Notes: generated by a model not told the origin, from the letters alone. Positions 1 to 13,427 are shown, numbered from the stretch's first letter. The stretch is 64,000 nucleotides of DNA from an uncultured Methanosarcinaceae archaeon (GCA_963833425.1 CAWHXP010000015.1:64001-128000); one strand, 5' to 3'. A program made the numbers and translations.

Positions 1-1000
1 ACTTGGTGCAGAAGGTATAGGGCTTTGTAGAACTGAACACATGTTCTTTGGGGATGACAGAATACCTGTAGTAAGGGAAATGATTCTGGCAGAAGATGAA
101 AAATCTAGAAAAAAGGCACTCAAGAAACTGCTACCGATGCAGAAGGCTGATTTCCTTGGAATCTTCCGTAGTATGGAAGGTTTACCAGTGACTATTAGGT
201 TGCTTGATCCACCTCTTCATGAGTTCCTACCGGACAAGGAGGAACTAGACGAAAAGCTTAGGGAACTTGAAGCATCAGGGGATTGGGAGAAAATCGGTGA
301 TGTGAAGAAAATTATCCAGCGTGTGGTTTCCCTTAAAGAACTAAACCCTATGCTTGGGCATAGAGGATGCAGGCTTGGAATCACCTATCCCGAAATATAT
401 GATATGCAGGTACGCGCAATTATGGAAGCGGCTTGTGAACTTGCAGCCGATGGAATGAAAATTGTTCCTGAAATTATGATCCCATTGGTGAGTCTTGCAA
501 AGGAACTCTCAGTGACCAGAAATGGAGTATGCAAGATGGCAGATAAGGTCATGGGTGAGAAAGGAATAAAGATCGATTATCATGTAGGGACAATGATCGA
601 ACTTCCTAGAGCCGTAATTACTGCAGACGAGATAGCAATGGAAGCCGACTTCTTCTCTTTTGGGACAAACGACCTGACCCAAACAACATTCGGATTCAGT
701 CGTGACGATGTATCCAAATTCGTGCCAATCTATCAGAAAGCAGGTATCATTGAGCACGATCCTTTCGCAGTCCTCGATCAGGAAGGCGTTGGCGAGTTGA
801 TGAAAATTGGAATTCAAAAGGGTCGTTCCGTTAAACCTAACCTCCAGATGGGAATATGTGGAGAACATGGTGGAGAACCAAAATCCATCCACTTTGCTCA
901 CAAAATAGGACTCAATTATGTGAGCTGCTCTCCGTACAGGGTTCCGATCGCGAGGCTTGTAGCTGCTCAAAGCACAATAGATTCCCGAAACGCAAAATAA
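1..1000 (+). CDS. ppdK: Pyruvate, phosphate dikinase, C-terminal part (gene starts before the window)
   Basis: Motifs [12 protein letters not shown] (frame open from the window start), [53 protein letters not shown]. Confidence 0.97.
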   Translation, partial: LGAEGIGLCRTEHMFFGDDRIPVVREMILAEDEKSRKKALKKLLPMQKADFLGIFRSMEGLPVTIRLLDPPLHEFLPDKEELDEKLRELEASGDWEKIGDVKKIIQRVVSLKELNPMLGHRGCRLGITYPEIYDMQVRAIMEAACELAADGMKIVPEIMIPLVSLAKELSVTRNGVCKMADKVMGEKGIKIDYHVGTMIELPRAVITADEIAMEADFFSFGTNDLTQTTFGFSRDDVSKFVPIYQKAGIIEHDPFAVLDQEGVGELMKIGIQKGRSVKPNLQMGICGEHGGEPKSIHFAHKIGLNYVSCSPYRVPIARLVAAQSTIDSRNAK

Positions 1001-1033
1001 AATCTTTAAATTGAATATCGATTCAAAAAGCAC

Positions 1034-1063
1034 GCAGGATTAAAATCCTGCCTCAATTTTTTT
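1034..1063 (+). terminator. Hairpin plus T-tract after ppdK
   Basis: gcaggatt-aa-aatcctgc perfect stem followed by a T7 run. Confidence 0.6.
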
Positions 1064-1817
1064 CTGAAAAATTTCAATTGAGCTTAGCAATTCTAAAAAA
1101 AGTATGATTATCGAGGTATTAATTGTGAGTTTCTAAATAAATCATTTCTGTGGAATTATAGTGGCTATCCTGAAATCATTTCATGCCACTTTTGAGTCCA
1201 TATATTTTAACAAAACAGTTTTATGAGGTAGATCCGAAGCTAAATTAATCATTATGTTCAAAATGCTGTTTTACAGCAATGGCATCGAAATATTGGAACA
1301 GTTATCAAGATAACTTAATCACCTTGTTTGAAAACAAAAAGGGAACGGATTCAGGACAGTAAAATAATTTAAACTTGAGAAAATAAAACAAAAACCAGGA
1401 AAAGCCGAGATCTAACTTGGACAAAAAAGAGTAATAAATCACACTTTGGATGTATAGCTCGTATCACAATAGACAGGGATTATTGGCTAATCAGAAGATT
1501 AAAACATGACTTCCTCATTCCATTATTCTTAGGTGGATTTATCAGAAAATAATTATATAATTCTCACGTAGTAAGACTAAAAAACAGCAGGATTAGGCAT
1601 TTAATGGCGAGACTTTTATTATTTTTTTTAGTTTTTATTGATTACGGTCAATTGCTGGTGTAATTAATGGCAAATTTAGATAATCCCATAAAATATTAAA
1701 AAGTATCGAAAATGAAACGATTTGATTTTGAATAATTTCTTTATACCAGAGCATCACGAAACATTAATCTTGTGACGAGTTTTAAATTTTAACAAAACAA
1801 AAAACATGAGGTGTATT

Positions 1818-2486
1818 ATGAAAGCAATAGCGATAAACGGAAGTCCGAGAAAGAAATGGAACACAGCAACCCTTTTAGAAAAAACTCTTGAAGGTGCAGC
1901 CTCTGAGGGTGCAGAAACAGAAATAATTCATCTTTATGATCTCAATTTCAAAGGATGTATAAGTTGTTTTGCCTGTAAGCTAAAAGATGGAAAAAGCTAT
2001 GGAAAATGCGCAATGAATGATGAACTAACACCTGTACTGGAAAAGCTGAAAAATGCTGATGTAGTGATACTCGGATCACCCATCTACCTTGGAAATTCGA
2101 CTGGTGAGATGAGATCTTTCATGGAACGTTATATATTTCCATTTCTTGTTTATTCTGAGAATCCACGGTCATTATATCCGAGAAATACCCCTATAGGTTT
2201 CATATACACGACTGGTGCTAAGGAAGAAAATTTCGATTTATTTGGTCTTCATAAGACTATTGAATTAAATGAAGGGGTTGCAGCGAGAATTTTTGGGTAT
2301 TCTGAATCACTATATAGTACCGATACTTACCAATTCGATGATTATTCAAAGTATGTCGCGGATCGTTTTGATCCAGTAGAGAAAGCTAAAAGGCGGGAAA
2401 AAGTCTTCCCTAAGGACTGTGAGAAAGCCTTTGAGATGGGGATTAGGTTCGTAAAGCGACAAAAAGCTGCAGAAGAACATAAATAA
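1818..2486 (+). CDS. Iron-sulfur flavoprotein / flavodoxin-like NAD(P)H-dependent FMN reductase family
   Basis: INGSPRKKWNT, CISCFAC..C motif, GSPIY; gaggtg RBS before the ATG at 1818. Confidence 0.88.
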   Translation: MKAIAINGSPRKKWNTATLLEKTLEGAASEGAETEIIHLYDLNFKGCISCFACKLKDGKSYGKCAMNDELTPVLEKLKNADVVILGSPIYLGNSTGEMRSFMERYIFPFLVYSENPRSLYPRNTPIGFIYTTGAKEENFDLFGLHKTIELNEGVAARIFGYSESLYSTDTYQFDDYSKYVADRFDPVEKAKRREKVFPKDCEKAFEMGIRFVKRQKAAEEHK

Positions 2487-3289
2487 TACAAATTGTGAAG
2501 GAAAATGCCAGTAAATTTCTCCGATCTACCTGAATTTGATAGAAGCTCATTTATGCATTATAAAATTTGTACTTCTGTTAAGTTAGAGTTTCAACTACTG
2601 AATTTCCAATGCAAAACTGAACTCTCAAAACTTTTGACTATGTGTCCTTAGATTCATTCAATATTATATAGAAATAAACTTGTCAAATGAGGTCTCAAGT
2701 ATTCATTAAAAATTTTAGTCACAATTTCTACTAGTTCTTCAGAGTCATTGTCAAGAATACATTTCCGATAAACTTTTTAATTATTTTCTTATAATTTTAA
2801 ATAGTGACTCCAGATTCGTAAATTTCATTGATTACATCTTCATCAGGATCAATGAGTAGTGCAGCCTTTCTTGTAGTCAGATTTGTATATATTTTATAAG
2901 CCAGTTCTATATTTTCATAATTTCTCTGTAATTTGTATTTACATTTTAGGAGTTTAACATCAAATTCAAGCTCAACAGAATAAATTTTATTTTTATTCTT
3001 AAGTATATATATGAAAAGTACCGAATACTAAAACTAAAATTAAAAATAAAAAAATTATTTTTAAATTAAAATCTAAGAAGCTGGATTAAAAATTAAACTC
3101 TATTATTCTGTTATTTTTATTTAAGCATATAATTGCAAATTACTGTTATTTTTTTAAAAGAAAATCTCAATGAACAAATGTTATTTCGTATTATCAAATG
3201 CTAAATGAAAAACGAAGGCTATTCATTAAATGTAGGTCGAGATCGGATGAAAAAATTTAATCATTTTGTGACTCTCTCTAACCTGAATA

Positions 3290-3510
3290 AACTTTGATAG
3301 AATTTCTTTTCGAATTTCATTGACATCTTTGAAGACTATCTCAATGTTTTCATTTTTATTCTCTGAAATTGTATTAATTTTCCTGTATTCGCGCCTACCA
3401 AATCTTCTGGGAATCGTCTATTCAAAATCCAAATGCAAAACTGGCTATTTCCAGATTCAGCAGCATCATCAAATCGCTGTAGATTTTTTAAAGCCCTATC
3501 AGCATCGTAT
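3290..3510 (-). pseudogene. Degraded 3' fragment paralogous to the 6785-7218 gene
   Basis: Nucleotide similarity to 6850-7020 (tatctcaatgtt.tcatttttattctc.gaaa..gtattaatt.tcctgtattc); translates to AAESGNSQFCIWIL.RRFP. Confidence 0.7.
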
Positions 3511-3836
3511 TTGGATAGCCTGTATACTAGAACAATGAATAAGGGTCTCTTAGTCAGATTTGATTAAATAGGAGTTGAAGTAGTTTCAATAAATCTGTAA
3601 CAATTAGAATTGTAAAATAAACATTATTTAAACTATAAGTTATAAAATTTTGTCATTTATGTTTAATTCAAGACATAAATGCCGAATAAAATTATTCAGA
3701 AGTATAAATATAATTATATTTGCTGGAGAAAAATATATTTATGTTTTATATCGTTTTTTATAGGGCTAATAAGTCGATCTACTTTTGAAATTATAAAATA
3801 TTAGTTAGTGAAGTTCTGGTTTAAGATACCATTTAT

Positions 3837-4907
3837 TTAGGATATTATCTTATCCAGCTGATTCTTCTGCGCTGCAATTTTGATTTCCTGAGCTATTCTC
3901 CTTCCGGTTGAAAGGCTTTCTTGCATCAGGTCTGCATAAGGAGAGCCTGAAATATAAAGGTTTGTCCCAGCCACAATCCTGGCTGAAATTTCAAAAACCT
4001 TGATCTCAAGAGAATCAGTAAAAACTGTTTCAAGACAGAAGGCCCCTACCATCCCGCCAAAAAGATCAAGAGACTCTTCTACTACCCTTTCTCCAAGTGA
4101 AAAAATAAGAGGCAGAAGGGACTCTCTAACTACTAAGGGTACATTTCCTGTGACAACATATGTGGGACGAATGCCTGCTTCTATGAGTTCTCTGGGTGAG
4201 CCGAGTCTAAAGATTTCATCTGCATTAGACTCCACTCTGCGATCCATACTTAGGAGCTCAAGGATACCTTCGCTTAAGGCATATCCCTCGTTTCTGATCG
4301 GGGAATAAAAATAATGTAGGTAATAACGGGTCCCTGTGATAAATTCCTGAATTGTGAATTTTTGGGTTCGGTCTACGAGTTCATTGAATTCTTTATAGGT
4401 TTTTGCGACGAAAAAACCCTTTCCCCCTTTTGCTCCGTGGTACTTAACCATCACAGGCCCATTGATATCACGAGGATCTTCTATTTTTTCGGGCATGTGA
4501 ATACCTGCTCCAAGCAACCACTCACGTTCTTTATCTCTGTCAGATTCCCATTCGAGCACAGCTCTGTTTCCAAAAGTAGGAACTTCCAAATCTGCAAAAT
4601 TTTTCGTGCCCAGGTAAGCAACGAATGAGCCGTGTGGAATTATAATAGTGTTCTTCTTTCTAAGTTCTTCAGCCTTGGTCATTATATGTTCATACCTATC
4701 AACGATAAGGTACTCATCGGGTTTTGCCTTTGGAAATGCATCATAGAATTTAGGAGGTTTACCAACGCAGATTCCAAGAGTTCTGAATCCTTCTTTTCTC
4801 GCTCCGTCAAAGATTTGTAGGCTTGAGTGAGAACAGACTGTTGCGATAGCAATATTTTTTAAGTCATATTTTTTCAGAAATTCAAAAACCTGCGGTTTTG
4901 TGATCAT
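3837..4907 (-). CDS. purP: Formate--phosphoribosylaminoimidazolecarboxamide ligase (ATP-grasp)
   Basis: IAT.CSHSSLQI, IPHGSFVAY, VFEISARIVAGTN; likely start MITKPQ at 4907. Confidence 0.93.
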   Translation of the reverse strand: MITKPQVFEFLKKYDLKNIAIATVCSHSSLQIFDGARKEGFRTLGICVGKPPKFYDAFPKAKPDEYLIVDRYEHIMTKAEELRKKNTIIIPHGSFVAYLGTKNFADLEVPTFGNRAVLEWESDRDKEREWLLGAGIHMPEKIEDPRDINGPVMVKYHGAKGGKGFFVAKTYKEFNELVDRTQKFTIQEFITGTRYYLHYFYSPIRNEGYALSEGILELLSMDRRVESNADEIFRLGSPRELIEAGIRPTYVVTGNVPLVVRESLLPLIFSLGERVVEESLDLFGGMVGAFCLETVFTDSLEIKVFEISARIVAGTNLYISGSPYADLMQESLSTGRRIAQEIKIAAQKNQLDKIIS

Positions 4908-5390
4908 GATTATTACCAGCGAAAAATTTAGACTAGAATGTACAATGTTATATTTAACATTAAGGTTTAATTTTACATAAATATATAACAGTGTGCATAT
5001 ATTAACCCATAATAAATCAAAGTTGTGGTTGCACACCCACTAGCAAACAACGGGGTATTTTAGTAGTACATAAATGGATTGAAATGAATTATTCAAAATC
5101 AAATATTTTAATTTGCCTTATACTCATTTTTCTTCTTTGTTTCCTGATTTTCAGTATAGTTTTTAATGATTCAGAAGTTGTGCCGTCATAAACACTTCCA
5201 ATGTAACTCAATCACTCCACAGTTTCTGTCTATCCTAAAAGACTCGATCACGCCGTAGAGATTCATGGATTTCGTGATTCTCTATCTCTTCACCCTGCAG
5301 TCGGTTCCTTTTTGGATGTATTTATATAGTATTTCTGATGATGTAAGAGAAGTTTATTAAATAAAAAAAGCCAAATAATCGGAGATTGGT

Positions 5391-6200
5391 ATGAGGGTCG
5401 CTTTAAAGCTTGCATACATAGGCACTGAATTTCACGGCTCCCAGATCCAGCCCAATGTCGTGACAGTAGAAGGAGAACTCTTCAAAGCACTTCGTAATTT
5501 AGGAATCATAGAAAGCCATAAGTATGCTAATTATACCTGCGCCGGCAGGACGGATGCAGGAGTTAATGCCTTCGAACAGATCGTATCTTTTGATACTGAC
5601 AAAACAAATCTAGCAATTCCCAGGGTCATAAACTCCGAACTTCCCCCAACAATCTGGGCCTGGGCTCACGCGGAGGTACCTAACCACTTTGACGCTAGAA
5701 GAGACGCGATTTCAAGACACTATCGCTATATAATTAGTGGGGAAGGATACAATATTTCAAAGATCCGTGAGGCTTCAAAATTACTGGTCGGAAGACATGA
5801 TTTTGAGAACTTTTCAAAAATCAGTGGAGAAAAGAGCACAATTCGCACCTTGTTAAGGATTGATGCTCGCGTAGACGGGGATGTTACAAAAATCGATGTT
5901 ATTGGAAATAGTTTCCTTTGGAACATGGTCAGGAAAATAGTAACTGCACTTTCAATGATCGGAAAAGGTTTACGTGATAATGACTGGCTGCTCCAGATGC
6001 TAAACCCTGATATTTATGAAGAAGGAATTGAACCTGCTCCTGCCTGTGGTCTAACCCTGATGAAAATAAATTACGAAAAAAAAATAGATTGGATCGAAGA
6101 TAATTATTCTATCACAAGAGCTGGTTTGCAAAACAAGAAGCTTATTATCAAACATAGAGTTATTGCTGAGGTGCTGGATGAACTGATTTCCCATGAATAA
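5391..6200 (+). CDS. truA: tRNA pseudouridine(38-40) synthase
   Basis: AY.GTEFHGSQ.QP, AGRTDAGV, FLWNMVR. Confidence 0.95.
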   Translation: MRVALKLAYIGTEFHGSQIQPNVVTVEGELFKALRNLGIIESHKYANYTCAGRTDAGVNAFEQIVSFDTDKTNLAIPRVINSELPPTIWAWAHAEVPNHFDARRDAISRHYRYIISGEGYNISKIREASKLLVGRHDFENFSKISGEKSTIRTLLRIDARVDGDVTKIDVIGNSFLWNMVRKIVTALSMIGKGLRDNDWLLQMLNPDIYEEGIEPAPACGLTLMKINYEKKIDWIEDNYSITRAGLQNKKLIIKHRVIAEVLDELISHE

Positions 6201-6784
6201 GAAATGTCTTTTAAGTGACATACACTTAATGTTCAATGCACCGTTCATTTTCAATCGCTTAGTTTTACCTAATATAAACTATAGTTAATTAAAGTTTTCA
6301 ATATTTCACTCATAAAACATCAAGGCATTTAATATTTAGGCCTTTCCATACGATTCTTGGCCATCTTCCAAATAGGTAATGGCTACTTAAATCAACAGGG
6401 GATATGGCACTGATACGCGCATAGTAAGGTTCTTATTCGATGGCATTGGAGAAGCTAGCCATCATAAAATCGTTCTTAGAGTCGCTAAACTAATTGTGTT
6501 TGGTAAGGGCGATTTGATGAACTCAATGCCATAATGAAACATTGAAAATGGATTTAGCCCAAGCACGTCAGGATAAAGATGACATTAAAAAGACGTTTGA
6601 TAATTACATTATACAAGTTCAAATCCCTATTAATCAAAAAGCAGTTGAAGCTCAGGAGCAAAAAAGCCAAGGTGTCGATTTTTGTAATATTTGCTACAAT
6701 TATGCTACATAACAGAATGTGAAAGGAAAAATTTTCTAATAAAAGTAAATAGAGTTTTAATAAAAAAATTTAAACATTTTTTGG

Positions 6785-7218
6785 TTAATTTTCTTCTTTA
6801 ATCAATCCAAACTTTTCTAATATCTGTTGCCTTATTTTGTCCGGGTCGTTGATAATTATCTCAATGTTCTCATTTTTATTCTCGGAAACAGTATTAATTC
6901 TCCTGTATTCATGCCTTCCAAAGTCAGCAGGGAACCTTCGTTCCAAAATCCACATACAAACCTGGCAATTTCCTGAATCAGCTGCTTCTTTCAGGCGTTG
7001 TAGACACTTAAGGGCTCCTTCTGCATTGCATTTTTTGATATGTTTATAGAACCTAAAATCTCTCCAGATCTTGAATTTTTGCCTTTATTCATCCAATCAT
7101 TGAACGTTTGATACGTTATCCCTGCGGACGCTGCTGCAAGGGCATAAGTAAGCCCCAATGCAACGTTCTCACCAATTAGCTGTTGAATTTCATAGTTTAA
7201 TTTTGAAGGTCGTGCCAT
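6785..7218 (-). pseudogene. Frameshifted HTH protein resembling a viral terminase small subunit
   Basis: MARPSKL...AAASAGITYQTFNDW (HTH), frameshift near 7050, continues GNCQVCMWILERRFPADFGR to a stop at 6785; function inferred. Confidence 0.55.
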
Positions 7219-7935
7219 TTTCATCCCGTTTTTAATTTCTTTAATAAATATAATTGAGTGTCATGCTTAATATTTTTTTACTTTTCTTATCTATGGAACC
7301 TACTACGAACTCACAAATTGAATGAGTATTATGAGCTTTGAACTGCTTATAGCTTTGACAAATCCCACTAATGACGCTTTTCACAGGAATGAGCATGGGG
7401 CGATTCTAGGGGCTTTCAGGACTCGGGTAATGATATAGCATGTCTAACATCAAAAAAACTAAACTAAAGGACCCAGGATCAGCCAGGTCGATACTCTCTT
7501 TAAGAAAAATTAGGGACAAGGTTCACAATATAGTCCAAACTATGAAAAAAGTGAGTGAAATCTTATTTTGATTTAAGAATATGAGTAATCCATTATTTTT
7601 GATACTCTTAGTAAACAAACGCTATTGATACCGATTTAGTGAATATTAGTAAGTCGAATAGTCATCCTTTAACCTATTCACTTTCGAAATCCTAAGTGAG
7701 TTCATGATAGTGTTAATAATAATTTTTATTACTTTATTAATATAATTATTTTTTATGTTTTTAGCCTTCTTTTTGTTAGACATTACTTCAAATCGAAAAA
7801 AGAGATACATTATATAAAAAAAATGACCAGATAACTTAAAATCTAAAAGTTGCCATATCCAGATTTTTCATGATTTTGAGACTATAATTCTTACCTTTAT
7901 GTGCCATTCTCCAGTATAGATTCACTAGTTACCAT

Positions 7936-8036
7936 GAACAATAAGGTTCTGCGTAGCGGGGGTCAGATTGATATTCTGTACGCGCTGAAGTTAGTTTGAC
8001 GGTTAACCACACGAACTACACAGAACCGTATTGTTC
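7936..8036. repeat. 21-bp inverted repeat (19/21) with a 59-bp spacer; MITE-like or structured RNA
   Basis: gaacaataaggttctgcgtag ... ctacacagaaccgtattgttc. Confidence 0.75.
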
Positions 8037-8349
8037 CACGGAAAATGGGGGATCTATATAGACAAAGGTTAATATATATGAGAAAATTTTACCAAAAATA
8101 GTTATGGTTTTAAAAATTTGCTTTTGTATAATAAGTGTAAACCTTACAGTTAAGAAAGTTAATAGATCTAAACATCAGGAAAATGGTATACATAGGTAAG
8201 AATTCTAACATCAAATTGAAGAAATAATATAACAGACAGAAACTAAGCCTCTGGCAATCGGCACTCAATTCTTCCAAGAGAAGAAAAGATTGAAGAGATT
8301 GCATACTATAGATTTGGTTTTGAATTTTTAGTCAATGTGAGGTAACTTT

Positions 8350-9390
<1,041 letters not shown>

Positions 9391-9958
9391 TCGTAGCATA
9401 AACGTCTTCAAGGCTTGAAGATCTTCAAAAAATTAAAAGTAAAATAAACTGACCCAAAAGTTCAATTATTCCCCCACAAGCCTTTTAAATTTTTATTGTA
9501 ACTTTTGAGCTCTTCTCTGCCCGCCTTTCAGCAGTAATTATCCCTAAGCTTACTAATTCATGGAGAGCCCTAATGAAATTGCTCATACTTGAGTTTGTAT
9601 TCCAAGTGCGAATTGATTTTAAAGAGAAATCAGTTAAAACTTGCTGATAGAAGAAGGGGGGATTCGATCAAAATGATTAACTTACGTGAAATTAGTTTGA
9701 AGATTGAATTACTGTATCACACAATTTCCCCGGTCAAATAGTAAAAAATGTATCCTATACTTTGGTATCCTGCGACAGACTAGCTCCATAATGATTGAGA
9801 TTTTTAGATACTGAGTATTAAGTTTTATTGAAGAATTCATTCTTTCTGCAAATTCAGCAGTTCAATCCAAAAAAATACAAAAATAGTTATATTTTGAACC
9901 AGATTCGAGATCGTATCATCTAAAATCTGGTTATACTTGTCAGGTCAATATTCCAAAG

Positions 9959-10755
9959 TTAGGTACTCCAGATTCCCTGCAAGAGCTGCTCCATTACTTT
10001 GTCGAGGGTAAATGTTGCAGATTTCTGGCGAGGAGGAAATTCCTTGAAGGTTGCCAAAAAATCGCCTAGAATGCTCTGTGCTGGCACCATCATGAAAGCG
10101 TGATCGATTAACCAGTCGTAATAGGTATTAGAGGTCTGATCTGCTCGTTCATAGGGATCGGTGCGTAGGTTAAATATTTTTGGTACGCGTAGATGGACAA
10201 AAGGTTCAGCCCAAACCAGTAGCGTACCTCTGGCGCGCTGCTCCATAAAGACGAGCTTCCAGTTATCATACCGTACAGCTACAAGATCTCCATCATCGGA
10301 AAAGTAAAAAAACTCGATACGTGGGGATTTATTCTCTTTCCCAATTAGATATGGTAGCAGGTTATAGCCATCAAGATGCACCTTGAAATTCTTGTCTCCT
10401 GCTTTGTAACCTTTTTTAAGTTTTTCCTTAATATCCGGTTTTCCTGCAGCTGCAAGCAAAGTAGGTAGCCAGTCAAGTAAACTCACCATCTCGTTAGAAA
10501 TCGTACCTGCCGGAATCTTCCCTGGCCAGCGCACTACCTCAGGAATTCGGAAAGCTCCTTCCCAACATGAATTCTTTTCGTTGCGGAATGGGGGTCATAC
10601 CTCCATCAGGCCAGGAGTTCATGTGTGGCCCATTATCTGTGCTGTAGACTACGATGGTGTCTTTTGCAATGCCAAGTTCGTCTAGTAAATTAAGTAACAT
10701 ACCTATCTGTTGATCGTGCTCAATCATAGCATCATGGTATTCCGACTGCCAGCGC
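9959..10755 (-). pseudogene. Arylsulfatase, C-terminal half only, frameshifted
   Basis: YSTDNGP, WEGAFR.P..RWPGKIPAG, SLLDWLPT, LDGYNLLPYL, FNLRTDPYE; the N-terminal CxxxR motif is absent. Confidence 0.88.
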
Positions 10756-11252
10756 CCACAGCAGCAGGCGGGCTTCCACATTTACGGGGGAAGCGCCCGC
10801 TATCCATAAAGGCGTCGTGGCGATCACCCAGAGAAGCGTCCGGAAGTAGTGGTCTCGGAACACAGCATTTGTTGAATTTACGAGCGTCCATACAGTGCGC
10901 TCCAGTTGGATCAGTAGCAAGGGAATGACGAAGGCCCAGCCGGAGGTGGTGAAGGCCATGGTCACCGAAGCGTTCATGAACAGGCTCAGCAGCATCACCC
11001 CCAGAACCAACCAGCGGGTCCGAGATTGATCGGCTCGGATCATGGTAGCCGACCAGCTTGTAGTAAGCCATACCGTGAATATAGCCAACATCATCACCAG
11101 CGTCTAAGCCGCACCATGCCATGAGAGGTGAGTCAATAGATAAAGTGTGAGAGCTGCGATACTGCGAACACGAACACGAGGTCGAAGAACAGCTCCAATG
11201 GATTGACCTCATATTTTTGTTCAGGGATGATGTGAATGGGATGAGCAGTCAT
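10745..11252 (-). pseudogene. Low temperature requirement protein A (LtrA family), N-terminal fragment
   Basis: EVNPLELFFDLVFVFAVSQLSH signature; stop and frameshift; truncated at the sulfatase junction. Confidence 0.8.
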
Positions 11253-11474
11253 ATATCTTCACTTGCTTAGTGCAAAAATCATTTTACAAATCATTAGCTG
11301 TTTCCCGGTACGTCTACTTGTCCAAAACCACTCGAATCGGTACTCCAGTTAGGCAACTAGCAGCGTGAACGACTCGGCATATCTGGGCGATTCAAAGGGG
11401 CTGGCATCCACAGGATCGGAAAGCACATCGCTAATCCGCCCGGAGACCAGTTTATGCTTGGAGTAGAAGAAGGG

Positions 11475-12580
11475 GACAACCCGAAAATAGAGCATTCTAA
11501 GGACGCATAATCAGGCTGACATCGAATGCGATATGTGAAAGCGATATTCACATGTACGAGGGAAGAACTCCCATAAATCCCGGAAGGATTTTAGGCCATG
11601 AGCCCCTAGGAGTAGTTGAAAAAACAGACGACGGGATTGAATCGATAAATGAAGGCGATAGAGTCGTTATGACCTTTAATGTCGCCTGTGGTTATTGCTA
11701 TAACTGCATGAGAGGGGTATAACTATGCATGTTTGAACGGTGGCAATTTGGGTTATGTTGGGCCTTTTGCTGGCGCTCAGGCAGAATACATCCGCATTCC
11801 ATTTGCGGATTTTAATTGCATAAAGCTTCCTGGGTCTCCAGGAGATAAATGGGAAAATGATTTTGTATTGCTTGCAGATATCTTTCCAACAGGATTTCAT
11901 GCGACTGAGCTGGCCATGGTGAAGCCTGGAATGAATGTTGCCATTTTCGGTGCCGGTCCAGTCGGTCTGCTTTCGGCCTACAGCGCAATTTTGAAGGGCG
12001 CAAACCAGGTATATGTGGTGGATTATATCCCTGAACGTCTTAAGAAAGCCAAGCAGATTGGCGCTATTCCAATTGATTTCACAAGGGGAGATCCCGTAGA
12101 TCAAATCATGGCTATAAAGGCAAAAAATCCAGCAAATCTTCTAGGTAAGGAGAAGATGTCAGGCGTCATGTGCGGAATAGATGCAGTGGGCTATCAGGCG
12201 AGGGATAGAAAGAACCCTAAAATTGAGAATCCAACGCAGGTTCTAGAAGACCTTGCGAGGCTTGTCAATCCAACAGGCCATCTTGGAATGATAGGAGTAT
12301 ATGAGGCGGAGGATCCCGAGGCGCCAACAGAGGATAGAAAGCAGGGTAGGTTCACGATACCCTGGGGACTATATGGGGCAAAGGCCTCACTATTGGAACT
12401 GGCGCAACCTCAGTCAAGAAGATTGCCTTAAAGCTTCTGGACCTTATAATTGATGAAAAGGCTAAGCCTAGCTTTATTGTGAGCCATAGAATACCTATTG
12501 AGGAGACGCCAGATGCTTACAAGAAGTTCGCTGAAAGATATGATGGGTATACGAAGGTGGTAATAAAGTTCGGGGAATAA
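11475..12580 (+). pseudogene. Zn-dependent (glutathione-independent formaldehyde dehydrogenase-like) dehydrogenase
   Basis: HMYEGR, LGHEPLG, ACGYCYNC, LADIFPTGFHA, GAGPVG, GIDAVG; 5' truncated; frameshifts near 11730 and 12370. Confidence 0.85.
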
Positions 12581-12907
12581 TCAGGGTAACTTCCTGGCAT
12601 ATTTTCGTAATCCTTTTTCTATTTTCTTATCCCAGCATTCATTCATCGATTACCCAGTTATATTTATATTTTTTTTAAGAATAATGCCCAAAGTATCAAT
12701 CCTGTTCGTATGTACCGTATATGACCGTTCACACTATTTATGCAAAGGACTGAAAAAGTCGCTATTGTTGATGGGCAAAGCATATCGCCATTTACAATAT
12801 ACCGAAATATGTAGATCAGGCTGTAACCAAGTTAACAGAGTTTTTTGGTAAAAATTTTTAACAATCAAGAAAGTAATTTCATGAAAAAATTTGAAGGAGA
12901 ATAAAAC

Positions 12908-13345
12908 ATGAATAAATCAAATAATTTAAATGAAAGTGTAATTTTCCCAAAAGGCGAAAAAATTACGAATGATTATTTCATAGGGACAGCATGGCTTGAA
13001 ATGCTGGTTTCTAATGACAGCATCTTTAATTGTCCGATAGGTAATATAACTTTTGAACCAGGCGCAAGAAATAATTGGCATAAACATCCTGGTGGGCAGA
13101 TTCTGCTTGTTACCGGCGGCAAAGGATATTTTCAGGAAGAAGGCAAGCCTGTAAAGGTGATTCAGGAAGGAGACGTAGTAAAAATCCATCCAAATGTGAA
13201 ACATTGGCATGGTGCTAAACCGGATAGCTGGTTTGTACATATCGCGATAAGTACTAATCCCCAAAAGGGAGACGCTGAGTGGCTGGAACCAATAACGGAT
13301 GAAGAATATATCGCTTTGAAAGAGAATGGAAACAATAATTTATGA
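12908..13345 (+). CDS. Cupin domain protein
   Basis: TFEPGARNNWHKHPGGQIL and HWHGA cupin motifs. Confidence 0.88.
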   Translation: MNKSNNLNESVIFPKGEKITNDYFIGTAWLEMLVSNDSIFNCPIGNITFEPGARNNWHKHPGGQILLVTGGKGYFQEEGKPVKVIQEGDVVKIHPNVKHWHGAKPDSWFVHIAISTNPQKGDAEWLEPITDEEYIALKENGNNNL

Positions 13346-13427
13346 AATATTGTATTTTCCTGAGTAAGAATAATTATTATTTAAAATGTTCGGCAACGAA
13401 TACGCAAAAAAAAGCGAGGAACAAGAA

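Noticed and set aside
509..1033. Long antisense ORFs (also 13470-14093, 14540-15133, 51416-52066, 60040-60345)
   Set aside because: They shadow well-supported genes or relics on the opposite strand and carry no motifs.
3320..3538. Similar plus-strand ORFs 3320-3538 and 6837-7049 as a gene family
   Set aside because: The similarity is explained by the minus-strand HTH/terminase-like relics.
3837..5036. N-terminal extensions of purP and of the ferredoxin (to 50028)
   Set aside because: The extensions run through AT-rich promoter-like DNA; family similarity begins at 4907 and 49911.
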